A stretch of DNA of 64,000 nucleotides. Origin: Solibacteraceae bacterium (lineage in GTDB: Bacteria > Acidobacteriota > Terriglobia > Bryobacterales > Bryobacteraceae). The notes below the pieces were generated by a model. That model did no database searches. It was not told where the DNA came from and worked only from the letters and a program-made list of their open reading frames with translations. Position 1 is the first letter of the stretch. Each line of letters starts with the position of its first letter. This document shows, one piece after another, positions 10,801-19,654 of this stretch. The stretch lies in the NCBI GenBank assembly GCA_037440765.1, contig JBBITL010000018.1:3295-67294 (forward strand), read 5' to 3'. A program made the position numbers and the translations under genes.

Positions 10801-11181
10801 TCCAACGCCAGAGACAGCTGCAACGGTTGCCCCGCCGAACGGCCCAACCGCATCGGCAACGGGAACCTGCCGAATGACCAGCGAACGATCGACCGATGGT
10901 TTGACACAACCGCCTTTCAGGTTCAGCCCCAGTTCACGTTCGGGAACGCCGGCAACAACATCCTGGAGGGGCCCGGGTACTTCAATCTGAACGCCGGGAT
11001 TCACCGCGACTTCTCCATCAACGAGCGCTGGAAAGCCGCCTTCCGCTGGGAGATGTTCAACGCCCTTAACCGTGCGAACTTCAATAACCCCAGTTCCACG
11101 ATCAACTCTGCGACTACCGGACAGATCAGCGGAACGCAGCCCGCCCGGAGCATGCAGTTGGGGTTGAAGATCTCGTTCTGA
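7894..11181 (+). CDS. TonB-dependent receptor with N-terminal carboxypeptidase-regulatory-like domain (TBDR-1)
   Basis: 1095 aa. Signal peptide MRQAWYAAVLAAMLSGALFGQA, GTVTDQAGAVIPGARVTLTNEGT...NQSGQY (CarboxypepD_reg), plug/barrel strings, C-terminal LGLKISF. Confidence 0.9.
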   Translation: MRQAWYAAVLAAMLSGALFGQALSGTVAGTVTDQAGAVIPGARVTLTNEGTQFTRAVVTNQSGQYVASSFPPGRIRLMVELPGFQRLVREGVELTAADTLTVNLQLQVGNVQQTIEVTGAAPLLQTQTATVSSLVTNQQIMEIPLNGRSFTQLLQLTPGVAAATPELTASGFGYRARANQAVSIGGSQTGNNSYLVDGMYNKELWLNGLVIVPTIDSIQEVRVMASNFSAEYGDAAGAVTVVQTKSGTNQFHGSLYEFLRNDKLDANSFFNNRQGVPKTAFRRNEFGGTIGGPVQRDKTFFFGDYQGIRRRQPTSSISTIPTVARMDMIRTGDFSGLGQQIYDPVTLAPGPNNTQVRAPFAGNRIPSNRIDPVAVKLINLLPEPQIAATTRNYTHVDRTTQRTDQFGVRLDRNIGAADRLFFKYNYDNTYTRSPGSIPAPAGAGIPIGPYVTGGSGTTLKNWSVGLNFTKVIGTNVVNETRLGAVRWNFGLLPAGTPFPTAAALGMPGINISDNSGGLPGFTISGGFATIGDASTFPEFSRTVSYQYENITTVARSSHTVKFGVRYLRHVFNGYSAFPTRGTYTFNGQFTRQMGTSTAATALSDFALGAPDTVNRGYFPGVFGIRFPAFAGFVEDTWRVNNRLTLNLGLRYELQGSPYEVHDRWSNFNIVTGKLMIANLEGNSRTVRNHDTNNFGPRVGITYQLDSKTVIRTGAGVSYTEQFDGGTQLYKNLPYMVTQRIATDQNGSPARYIRDGLPLPVALSPADPAVNGGSPMAYPIDFRTPKMFQWSFGLQREILPDLMLETSYVGSRGINLMAKVNTNQPYPGPGARDPRRPLYPVNQIVGDNIYHDNWGASKYHSLQARVQTRARHGLTTGLSYTWAKNMINTGENQGANTAQDARNLQVEWGNAAVNRRHVVVINHVYQLPFGKGRSHLAEGLLGHIVGNWNVSGVWSMMTGTWFTPRNPTEVSNARDSCNGCPAERPNRIGNGNLPNDQRTIDRWFDTTAFQVQPQFTFGNAGNNILEGPGYFNLNAGIHRDFSINERWKAAFRWEMFNALNRANFNNPSSTINSATTGQISGTQPARSMQLGLKISF

Positions 11182-11197
11182 TGCTCAGCGAGGCGAA

Positions 11198-12001
11198 ATG
11201 AAGAGAACACTGCTTCTGACAGCGGCGCTGTGGGTGCTGGCGCCTGGGGCCTTACCCCAGGCGCCTCCCGGCGCCACGGAGGGGCCGGCACGGCGGGGCG
11301 GGATGCCTCCACGCGACATCGCGGCTGAGATGAGGAGTCCGCAGCCTCGCGCCGTCACGCCGGGCAAGACGCCGGGGGACCCTCCTTCCGACGCGGTGAT
11401 CCTGTTTGACGGCAAGGACATGTCCCAGTGGTCTCTCCGGGACGGTTCTCCGGCCAAGTGCGAGGTTCACAACGGCGAGATGCGCTGCACGACCGGTGTG
11501 GGCAATATCTTCAGCAAGCCCACTTTCCGGAGTGCTCAGATCCACATCGAGTTCGCTCCGCCGGACATGCCCGCGGTCCGGGCGAATGGCCAGGTGGATC
11601 CCCAGGTCAAGGGAAACAGCGGCGTCTACCTTCACGGCCGCTACGAGATTCAAATCCTGGATTCGTATAACAACCCAACCTACGCCAACGGCTCAAACGG
11701 AGCTCTCTACGGCGTAGCGGCGCCGCTGGTGAACGCGTCGCGCCCGCCGGACCAGTGGCAGACATTTGATATCATCTTCCGCGCCCCCAAGTGCGAGGGG
11801 GAAAAGCTGGTGTCGCCGGGCAGCGTGACGGCACTACACAACGGCGTGCTGATCATAGAGAACGCGTCGCCTCGCATCCGCCAGACCTGCGCTCAGGGGA
11901 TCGGGGAACCCGGCCCCTTAATGCTCCAGGACCACGAGCCGAACGGCCCCAAGACCGTGATGCGTTTTCGCAACATATGGTACCGTCCGTTAGAAGAGTA
12001 A
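11198..12001 (+). CDS. Secreted DUF1080 (PF06439, 3-keto-disaccharide hydrolase-like) protein
   Basis: 267 aa, signal peptide. ILFDGKDMSQW, NSGVYLHGRYEIQILDS, MLQDHEP..FRNIWYRPL. 16 nt after TBDR-1. Confidence 0.8.
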   Translation: MKRTLLLTAALWVLAPGALPQAPPGATEGPARRGGMPPRDIAAEMRSPQPRAVTPGKTPGDPPSDAVILFDGKDMSQWSLRDGSPAKCEVHNGEMRCTTGVGNIFSKPTFRSAQIHIEFAPPDMPAVRANGQVDPQVKGNSGVYLHGRYEIQILDSYNNPTYANGSNGALYGVAAPLVNASRPPDQWQTFDIIFRAPKCEGEKLVSPGSVTALHNGVLIIENASPRIRQTCAQGIGEPGPLMLQDHEPNGPKTVMRFRNIWYRPLEE

Positions 12002-12007
12002 GTGGCC

Positions 12008-13104
12008 ATGATCACGACAAACCCTTCGCGCCGTGTCTTTCTTTGGGCTGGCGGGAGCGGGGACGTCCCTGCCGGGCAGGCTCGCGTTCTCCCAGAGCCG
12101 GGCCGCTGGCCGCATTGACGAGGCCTGGTTTCGGGAGCGGCTCGCGCAGCAGACCGAGCGAAGCCTCAATACGCTGGTGACGCCGACCGGTTTTCTCGGA
12201 GGGGCGGGACAAGCAGCACGGGGGCCTCTACGCGGCGGTCGATCCCAGCGGCAAGGTGCTCGATGACCGGAAGGAGAGCCGCGGGACAGCCCACGCCATA
12301 CTCGGCCTCTCGCTCGCCGGCCGGGCCACCGGCCGGAAGGCCTACGGCGACGAAGCGCTGGGAATCCGGTCCGAGATGAAAAAGGGTCTCCAGGACCAGT
12401 ACGGCCTGTTCAAGCGCGAGACCTCGCGGGACTTCAAGGTTGAGGGGCCCGTGAAGAAGACGCAGAACCCCGTTATGCATCTGTTCGAGGCCTTGCTGTC
12501 GCTGCACGATACCACCCGGTCCAAGACCGTCTGCCAGGACATCGAGCGCCTGGCGGACACCGTGCTCTCACGGCTATATCGCGAACCTGGCTACATTCCG
12601 GAGCTGTACGACCGCGACTGGAAGCCCGTACCGGCGGGGCCGCCCGGCCAGACTGAGCCCGACGGCAGCCCGCTCGACGTTTACAACGCCTGCGCGCCCG
12701 CCGCCCAGACGGGCCACATCGAGATCGGGCACCTCATCGAATGGGCGTTCTTGTTCAGCCGCGCAGCGGAGAAGGGTTTCCCGCGCAAGTGCCTGGGCTC
12801 CGGCGGGCGCCTGTTGAACTACGCCCTGAAGTCCGGGTACGACCACCAGAGCGGCGGCGTTTTCGGATACACGGACTACGAGGGGAAACCTACCGCTGAC
12901 AGCAGCACGCGAGGGTGGCAGATCGCCGGGCTTCTGAAGACGCTCGTGCACTGGGCTGTGCTGCGGAACCGGGAGGACCTCTGGGAGCCGTTTGACTAGT
13001 CCCTGGCCGCGGTCAAGTCCTCCGGATCTCTGCCCGGCGGATACCACGGCTGCGGCATGTACGCCGAGGTGCTGCGGCTGGCGGCGATGGGGACCCGCGC
13101 CTGA
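12008..13104 (+). pseudogene. N-acylglucosamine 2-epimerase (AGE) superfamily gene with Tat-type leader, disrupted by two frameshifts and an in-frame TAG
   Basis: ATG 12008 gives MITTNPSRRVFL. This continues in the +1 frame as GLAGAGTSLPGRLAFSQS (shift in T-run 12036-12047). A second shift in T-run 12189-12196 joins ..LNTLVTPTGF to SEGRDKQHGGLYAAVDPSGKV. TAG at 12997-12999 is followed in frame by 34 codons (..GGYHGCGMYAEVLRL..) ending at TGA 13102-13104. Confidence 0.6.
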
Positions 13105-13133
13105 AAGCCGGCGGCAGCGAGCAACGCGCGTTG

Positions 13134-14162
13134 TTACGCCTGCCCCGCCAGGGCCACCACGATGATGGCGACGATCAGCACCAGGATGCCTGACCAGCAC
13201 AGACAGCGTGCCGTCCCGCTCGTGCCGGCCCACTCGCCCGTGAGCATGCCCAGCACGTTGGCCACGATGATGTTCATCGACATGAAGACCGGCCAGCCCA
13301 GCACCGCGCCGAGCGGCCCCATCATGCCTGCGCCCACCCCGTACAGGCTGATGCCGCCATACCAGAGCAGGCCCATAAGCGACGCTCCCAGGAAGTAGAG
13401 GATCGAAACGCCGGAGCCGCCGTATCGCGACCAGGTCTTCTTCTTGCACAGCAGGTAGACCGGGTAGAGGGCGTTGGGCAGAAATCCGGCGGCCAGCGCC
13501 GGCGCCCAGATGGCGCTTGAGGCGAAATCCGGCAGCGCGCCGAAAGTGACGGCGGCGTCCTGTAGCGGCTTGCCGAAGACGAAGCTGAAGTTCAGCGACG
13601 GCGACAGTACCCCCGAGGCCAGGCAGATGATCAGGCCCGTTTTGAAGAGGTTCGGGTCGGATAGCCCCGTGCGGCCCGCGCGCTCCCGGTCGCGCCGCGC
13701 CCCGGCGTTGGCCAGCAGGATGATCCCCGCGATGACCAGCACCAGCGAGCCCAGCAGCATAAGGCCGCGCCGCGTGTACAAGTCCGTCGGGCTCAGCACC
13801 AGCAGCGGCAGCAGCGTTCCGAAGGAACTGGTGATGCCCAGGATGATGGCGAAGGCGAGCGCCATCCCCACGCGGCTGACTCCCAGGCCAAAAAGCGTCG
13901 AGCCCAGCCCCCAGCCGAAACCGAACAGCGCCACCAGGGCGATGGAGGACGCCGGAGCCGTGCTGTAGACATCTGAGAGCGCAGGGATGGTGTACCAGGC
14001 CAGCGCGCATGGAAGGACGACAAGGCCGGCGACGGAATACACCAGCCAGGTGTTCTCCCACTGCCACCGGCGTTCCATGCGCTTCATGGGAAGGGCGAAA
14101 CTGCCCTGGAACAGGCCGCCCAGTGCGGCGAGAAGCACTCCGAGGTTCACTTGACTGTGCAT
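13134..14162 (-). CDS. RhaT-like sugar:H+ symporter (L-rhamnose-proton symport family)
   Basis: 342 aa polytopic membrane protein. The N-terminus GVLLAALGGLFQGSFALPMKRM..WENTWL resembles RhaT-family transporters. Confidence 0.6.
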   Translation of the reverse strand: MHSQVNLGVLLAALGGLFQGSFALPMKRMERRWQWENTWLVYSVAGLVVLPCALAWYTIPALSDVYSTAPASSIALVALFGFGWGLGSTLFGLGVSRVGMALAFAIILGITSSFGTLLPLLVLSPTDLYTRRGLMLLGSLVLVIAGIILLANAGARRDRERAGRTGLSDPNLFKTGLIICLASGVLSPSLNFSFVFGKPLQDAAVTFGALPDFASSAIWAPALAAGFLPNALYPVYLLCKKKTWSRYGGSGVSILYFLGASLMGLLWYGGISLYGVGAGMMGPLGAVLGWPVFMSMNIIVANVLGMLTGEWAGTSGTARCLCWSGILVLIVAIIVVALAGQA

Positions 14163-14218
14163 GAGGACGTCTCTTGGGGATTCGCTGTCCCCGAAATACT
14201 ACCATAGGCAATAGGGGC

Positions 14219-15463
14219 ATGCGGTTCTTCATCCACAACTTCGGCTGCCGCGCCACGCAGGCCGACGGCGCTGCGCTGGCCTCCGCGCTGGTGAGCGGAG
14301 GTTGCCGGCCCGCGGCCGACAGCGCCGGGGCCGACCTGGTGATCCTCAACACCTGCACCATCACCGCCTCGGCCGACGCCGACGTGCGCAAGGAAGCGAG
14401 ACGGATCCTCCGCCGGAACCCGGCCGCGCGCATCCTGGTCACCGGCTGCTTCGCCGAGCGCGCCCCCGGGGAGGCCGCCGCCCTGCCCGGAGTCTCGTAG
14501 GTGGTCGGCAACACGGACCGGATGAAGATCCCTGAGACCCTCGGCCTGCGGACGGAAAACTCGCCGCAGCCCGCCGCCGTGTGCCGGGACAGGACGCGCC
14601 CGAACCTCAAGATTCAGGATGGCTGCAATTCCCATTGCAGCTACTGCATCATTCCCGCCGTGCGCGGGACGAGCCGCAGTACGCCGCCGGACCGCGTGGT
14701 GGCAGAAGTGCGCGAACTGGCCGGGAGCCACCGTGAGGTGGTCCTGAGCGGCGTGAACCTGGGGCGCTGGGGCCGCGAGCCGGCCATCCGGCTGCGGCTG
14801 GCGGACCTGCTGCGCCGGCTTCTGGCGGAGACCGGCGTCGAGCGCCTGCGCCTCAGCTCCGTGGAGCCCATGGGCCTGACCGGCGACCTGCTGGATCTGA
14901 TGGCCTCGACGGCGCGCATCGCCCGGCACATCCACGCGCCGCTGCAATCGGGCTCGGACAGCGTGCTGCGGCGCATGCGGCGCTGGTACCGGGCCCGGCA
15001 CTACGCAGACCGCATCCTGAAGGCCCACAGCCGGATGCCGGACGCCGCCATCGGGGCGGACGTCATGGTGGGTTTTCCGGGAGAGTCAGAAGCCGAGTTC
15101 GACGAGACCCGCGCCTTGATTGAGAGCCTGCCCCTGACGTACCTGCACGTGTTCACCTACTCGGAACGCCCGGGAACGCCGGCCGCCTCCATGCCCGGAC
15201 GGGTGCCCGTGCCGGAGCGCAAGCGCCGCAACCGAGTGCTGAGGAAACTGTCAGAAGCGAAGAACCTGGAGTTCCGCCGGCGCATGGCCGGCCGGCGGCT
15301 CTCGGCGGTGACCATCGGCGACGGCTCCTCCGCGCTTACGAGCAACTACCTGGAGGTTCAACTGGCGCGGCGGAGGGAGCCAAACCGGATCATCGAAGTC
15401 CAGCTATCCGAGGGCCTGGTCGAGATCGGCCAGCACGTCCTCCACGTCCTCGATTCCCGCTGA
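14219..15463 (+). pseudogene. mtaB: MiaB/MtaB-family tRNA methylthiotransferase interrupted by one in-frame TAG (14498-14500)
   Basis: ORFs 14174..14500 and 14501..15463 are in the same frame. MRFFIHNFGCRATQADG, NTCTITASAD, then ..ALPGVS-TAG-VVGNTDR.., radical-SAM CNSHCSYC, and a TRAM-like C-terminus. Probable start ATG 14219. Confidence 0.65.
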
Positions 15464-16582
15464 CAGGCGCACCAGGTTCCCGGCGATCCCCAAACGTTCC
15501 CGCTCCTGGGGCGGCATCTCGCGATGGGAGCTGATCACCGGGTACAGGATCATGGTGTGCACGTCGCCGAGCGAGGTGGCGCGCACCACCAGCTTCAGCC
15601 GGTCCAGGAAGGCGAAGATGTGCTCACGGTCCGCGCCCCTGACGGCGAAGCTGACCATGGCGCCGCGAAGGCCGGGGGGGAACAGGCGCTCGATTGTGGC
15701 GTAGTCCGGGTGTCCGGCCTCGCCCGTGTAGGCGACGCGCTCGATGCGCGGGTCCCGGCGCAGCCAGGCCGCGATGCGCGCAGCGTTGTCGCACTGCCGC
15801 TCCATGCGCAGCGGGAACGTCTTGATGCCCCGCATCGCCAGGTAAGCCTCAAACGCGCCGAGCAGCGGGCCGTAGGTCCGGGCCAGCGTGCGCAGGCTCT
15901 CGTAGTGTTCCTGATCGGAGACGATGATGCCCCCGAGCACGTCGCCGTGTCCGGCCAGATACTTGGTCAGGCTGTGGACCACCATGCTGGCCCCCAGCTC
16001 CAGCGGGCGCAGCAGGAGGGGCGTGGAGAAAGTGCTGTCCACCACCAGCGCCGCGCCCGCCGCCCTGGCGAGCGCCGCGATCCGGTCCACAGCCCCCACT
16101 CGCAGCATGGGGTTTGAGATCGCTTCCATCAGCACGCAACCGGGCCCGTGCTCCTCGATGGCCTTCTCAAGCGCAGCCAGGTCGCACACGTCCACGTAGC
16201 GGACTTGGACGCCGAGCGGCTCGAAAACGCGCGCGAACAGGTTGATGGTGGCTCCGTAAAGGGCGTCGGCGGCGAGCACGGACTTGGGCCGGCCCGCCAG
16301 CGCCGCGAGCACCGCGATCTCCAGCGCGGCCATGCCCGAGGCGCAGGCCAGCGCGCCGTGGCCGCTTTCGAGCGATGTCACCAGCTCTTCGAGCGCCGCC
16401 GTGGTGGGATTGCCGTAGCGCGCATAGCTGTAGCCTTCCAGTTCGTGCGCGAAGATCCGGTCCAGTTGCTCGGTCTTCTCGCTGATGTAACTGGCGGCGC
16501 CGTAGATGGGAGTAGTTACCGGTATCTCGGCTGGCGCCTTTTTCCGGTCGCCGGCGTGAACTGCCCTGGTCTGTATCTTCAC
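15404..16582 (-). CDS. PLP-dependent Cys/Met metabolism enzyme (cystathionine gamma-synthase / methionine gamma-lyase family)
   Basis: 392 aa. SLTKYLAGHGDVLGG (PLP-lysine motif). 1 nt downstream of the cysS stop. Confidence 0.85.
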   Translation of the reverse strand: MKIQTRAVHAGDRKKAPAEIPVTTPIYGAASYISEKTEQLDRIFAHELEGYSYARYGNPTTAALEELVTSLESGHGALACASGMAALEIAVLAALAGRPKSVLAADALYGATINLFARVFEPLGVQVRYVDVCDLAALEKAIEEHGPGCVLMEAISNPMLRVGAVDRIAALARAAGAALVVDSTFSTPLLLRPLELGASMVVHSLTKYLAGHGDVLGGIIVSDQEHYESLRTLARTYGPLLGAFEAYLAMRGIKTFPLRMERQCDNAARIAAWLRRDPRIERVAYTGEAGHPDYATIERLFPPGLRGAMVSFAVRGADREHIFAFLDRLKLVVRATSLGDVHTMILYPVISSHREMPPQERERLGIAGNLVRLSAGIEDVEDVLADLDQALG

Positions 16583-16583
16583 G

Positions 16584-17984
16584 TTACTTTCTCTTCCAGC
16601 GGAGGCCGTCCTTGGTGTCCTCGAGGATCACGCCCTTGTCCAGGAGTTGCCGGCGGATGCCGTCGGCGCGCGCGAAGTCACGCGCCTTACGGGCCGCCAC
16701 GCGCTCCCCGATGAGGGCCTCGACCTCGGCATCGGTGATCGAGGGCTCGCCGGCCGCGGGGCGGATGACGTCGAAAACGCCGTCAAAACGGGCGACAAGA
16801 TCCAGTGCGGCGGGGGCGTTGCCTCTGGGGAACCTGCCCGAATCCATGGCCGTGTTGGTGTCGCGCACGTACTCGAACACGGCGGCCAAGGCTTCGGCCG
16901 TGTTGAGGTCGCCGTCCAGGGCTTCCTCAAACTGGCGGAGCGCCTGCGTGGTGCGCCCGGCGAGTGTGGCGTCCTCGCCCTCCGGCAGTCTCTCGGTTTC
17001 CAGGCGCAGCTTGTAGTTGCGCAGGCGCTCTATTGCGGTAGAGGCGCTCTTCAAACCCTCCAGCGTGAAGTTGAGCTGCTTGCGGTAAGGAACCGAGGCC
17101 AGCAGGTAGCGGACTGCTTCCGGCGGACACTGCTGAGCCAGCAGGTCCCGCAGCGTGTAGTAGTTGCCGAGCGACTTGGACATGGTCTGCGCGTCGATCA
17201 TGAGGTGCTCGGAGTGAAGCCAGTAGCGGGCGAACGGCCTGCCGGTGGCGGCTTCCGACTGGGCGATCTCGTTCTCATGGTGCGGGAAAATAAGATCCAC
17301 TCCGCCAGCGTGTATGTCGAGCGTGTCGCCGAGATACTTCATCGACATGGCGGAGCATTCAATGTGCCAGCCGGGCCGGCCCGGCCCCAGCGGCGTGTCC
17401 CAGAAGTGCTCGCCCTCCTTGCGCGCCTTCCACAACACGAAATCGCGGGCGTTCTCCTTGTCGTACTTATCTGTGTCTATGCGCGCCCCGTCCAGGATTC
17501 CCTTGAAGTCGGCGTGCGAGAGCTTCCCGTACTCAGGGAACGTGGCGACCCGGAAGTAGACCGAGCCGTCGCTCACGTAGGTGTGGCCGCCGGCCGCCAG
17601 GCGCTGGATCAGGTCAACCATGTCGCCGATGTGATCGGTGGCCCTGATCAGGCGCTCGGGACGTTCCAGGCGCAGCGCCGCGGAGTCCTCCAGGAAGGCC
17701 TGAGCGTACTGGTCGGTATACTCGCCGATGGACTTGCCGGCGGCGGCGGCCTGCTGGATTATGCGGTCGTCCACGTCGGTAAGGTTCATGACGTGATCCA
17801 GGGCGTAACCCCTATAGCGCAGCCATCGCCGGAGAACGTCCTGAAACACGAAGGTGCGGAAGTTGCCGACATGGGCGAAGTTCCAGACGGTGGGCCCGCA
17901 TGTATACATGCGCACAGTGCCGGCGGCGGCGGGCTCGAAGGCCTCGACCCGTTGAGTCAGCGTGTTGAAGAAGCGTAGAGCCAT
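16584..17984 (-). CDS. cysS: Cysteine--tRNA ligase
   Basis: 466 aa. HVGNFRT (HIGH-like), HIECSAM, TMSKSLGN (KMSKS). Confidence 0.95.
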   Translation of the reverse strand: MALRFFNTLTQRVEAFEPAAAGTVRMYTCGPTVWNFAHVGNFRTFVFQDVLRRWLRYRGYALDHVMNLTDVDDRIIQQAAAAGKSIGEYTDQYAQAFLEDSAALRLERPERLIRATDHIGDMVDLIQRLAAGGHTYVSDGSVYFRVATFPEYGKLSHADFKGILDGARIDTDKYDKENARDFVLWKARKEGEHFWDTPLGPGRPGWHIECSAMSMKYLGDTLDIHAGGVDLIFPHHENEIAQSEAATGRPFARYWLHSEHLMIDAQTMSKSLGNYYTLRDLLAQQCPPEAVRYLLASVPYRKQLNFTLEGLKSASTAIERLRNYKLRLETERLPEGEDATLAGRTTQALRQFEEALDGDLNTAEALAAVFEYVRDTNTAMDSGRFPRGNAPAALDLVARFDGVFDVIRPAAGEPSITDAEVEALIGERVAARKARDFARADGIRRQLLDKGVILEDTKDGLRWKRK

Positions 17985-18081
17985 AGGCGTTGGGCGGACA
18001 GCTACTGAACCATCCTAGCAGGCTCCCGGCCGCGGCTCCTTACTGCGCCGCAACCTCGTAGGTTACTCTTATGGGAAGGCG

Positions 18082-19632
18082 ATGACACGACCTCTTGACC
18101 TGAAAGCGCAGAATGCACTGTGCCGGACCCTGCTCGAGGCCGCCAATGACGCCATCTGGGTGATAGACCTGGCCGCCGGCCGCGGCGTCTACATCAACCC
18201 TTCGGGTGAGCGGCTGACCGGCTACACGAGTGATGAGATTCTGTCGTGCGACTGGCGGCTGCCGCTCACGCCTGAATCCGGGGCACGGATTGCCGCCGGC
18301 CTCTCGGAGCGGATCGCCGCGTTCGAGTCGGGAAACGAGTCCGCCCGGGTCCGGACAGACCAGATTGAAGTGCTTCGAAAGGACGGTGCTGTCGTTCCGG
18401 TCGAGGTGGTCACCACGCTTGTCGGTGACGAGTCGGGCCGCGCCTGTCAGGTCGTCGGGGTGACGCGGGACATGACCGAACGCAAGCGGGCCGACGCGGA
18501 AAGAGAGGCGCTGCAACTACAGTTGCTTCATGCGCAGAAAATGGAGTCGGTCGGACGCCTGGCGGGCGGGGTAGCTCACGACTTCAACAACCTGCTCACG
18601 GTGATCAGCGGCTACGGCGCAATGGCTATGAGCATGCTGCCGGACTCCGATCCGGCCCGGCCGGCCATAGAGGAGATCCTGAAGGCAGGCGAGCGAGCGG
18701 GGGCGTTGGTCCGCCAACTGCTCGTGTTCAGCCGGGAGCAGGCGCTGGCGCCAGAAGCGCTGGACCTGAACGCCGTGGTAGGGGAGGTGGAGCTTATGGC
18801 GAACAGACTGGCGGGAGCGGAGTCGCGCGTAGTCGCCAGGCTCGATCCTTCTCTGCCGGCCGTGCTCGCGAACCGGGATCAGATCGGCCGGGTGATCATG
18901 AACCTGGTGGCGAACGCCCGCGACGCGACGCCGCGCGGCGGCCAGATCACCATTGAAACCAGGCTGCGTGATCTGGGCGAAGCCTGTCCTGTGTGCCTCG
19001 GCGCGACGCGGCCAGGATTCTACGTGGAGCTTGCCGTTCACGACGAGGGAACGGGGATGGACGAGCAGGTCCGCCAGCGCCTTTTCGAACCTTTCTTCAC
19101 AACGAAAGAAGCAGGCACAGGCGCCGGCCTGGGCCTGGCGGTTGTGCACGGAATCGTCTCGCAGTGTGGCGGCCACATAGACGTTGAGAGCGTGAAGGGA
19201 AAAGGGGCGTCGTTTCGCATCTGCCTGCCGGTAGCCGCGGCGGCGCGGGAGCCACAAGGGCCGCCGGCGGCCCGCATCCTCGTCATTGACGACGAGAAGG
19301 GGGTCCGGCGCTTCCTTCGGGCGGTTCTCGAGGGGGCGGGCTATGGAGTCCTGGAAGCCGATGGTGGCGAGCAGGCCCTCCGGGCGCTCCGGGAGTCGCC
19401 GGTGGAACTGGTGATAACGGACCTCGTGATGCCTGGATGGCGGGGCGTGGAGATAGTCCATACACTGAGGCGGGAGGCCCCCTCGGCGGGGGTCATCGTG
19501 CTCAGCGGCACCATAGAAGCGTCCCACCTGCGTGAGGCCGGGGCGCTTGGCGCCCTGGCGGCCCTGGCGAAACCCGTGTCCCCCGGGGTCCTGCTGGCGG
19601 AGGTCAGAACGGCGCTCCAGCCTCGCGCCTGA
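18082..19632 (+). CDS. PAS-domain hybrid sensor histidine kinase with C-terminal receiver domain
   Basis: 516 aa. PAS region, H-box HDFNNLLTVISGY, G-boxes GTGMDE and GAGLGLAVV, receiver ILVIDDE...LVITDLVMPG. Confidence 0.85.
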   Translation: MTRPLDLKAQNALCRTLLEAANDAIWVIDLAAGRGVYINPSGERLTGYTSDEILSCDWRLPLTPESGARIAAGLSERIAAFESGNESARVRTDQIEVLRKDGAVVPVEVVTTLVGDESGRACQVVGVTRDMTERKRADAEREALQLQLLHAQKMESVGRLAGGVAHDFNNLLTVISGYGAMAMSMLPDSDPARPAIEEILKAGERAGALVRQLLVFSREQALAPEALDLNAVVGEVELMANRLAGAESRVVARLDPSLPAVLANRDQIGRVIMNLVANARDATPRGGQITIETRLRDLGEACPVCLGATRPGFYVELAVHDEGTGMDEQVRQRLFEPFFTTKEAGTGAGLGLAVVHGIVSQCGGHIDVESVKGKGASFRICLPVAAAAREPQGPPAARILVIDDEKGVRRFLRAVLEGAGYGVLEADGGEQALRALRESPVELVITDLVMPGWRGVEIVHTLRREAPSAGVIVLSGTIEASHLREAGALGALAALAKPVSPGVLLAEVRTALQPRA

Positions 19633-19654
19633 AGGCGGAGGCCGGTTGTCCCGC

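Noticed and set aside
12997-14500. Two in-frame TAG codons 1.5 kb apart, as evidence for amber reassignment or suppression (for example pyrrolysine-like recoding).
   Set aside because: TAG is the terminal stop of at least six well-defined genes here (metH 949, hrpB 3350, the PLP enzyme 15404, the NHL gene 23769, the 146-aa gene 24041, deoC 29102), and their ends match the expected family lengths. Nonsense mutations or base errors are more parsimonious.
12574-14610. Very long ORFs antisense to annotated genes (for example 12574..14610 at 678 aa, 41815..43911 at 698 aa, 58932..60791 at 619 aa, 18517..20001 at 494 aa, 1688..2752 at 354 aa).
   Set aside because: Their translations are Arg/Pro/Gly/Ala-rich and low in complexity. 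They lie opposite genes with clear family motifs. Stop-poor antisense frames are expected in GC-rich DNA.
15404-15463. 60-nt convergent overlap of the mtaB and PLP-enzyme 3' ends as a deliberate antisense regulatory feature.
   Set aside because: The last ~17 mtaB codons (..EGLVEIGQHVLHVLDSR) lie beyond the conserved TRAM region. This probably reflects a chance late stop in GC-rich sequence. There is no supporting structure.
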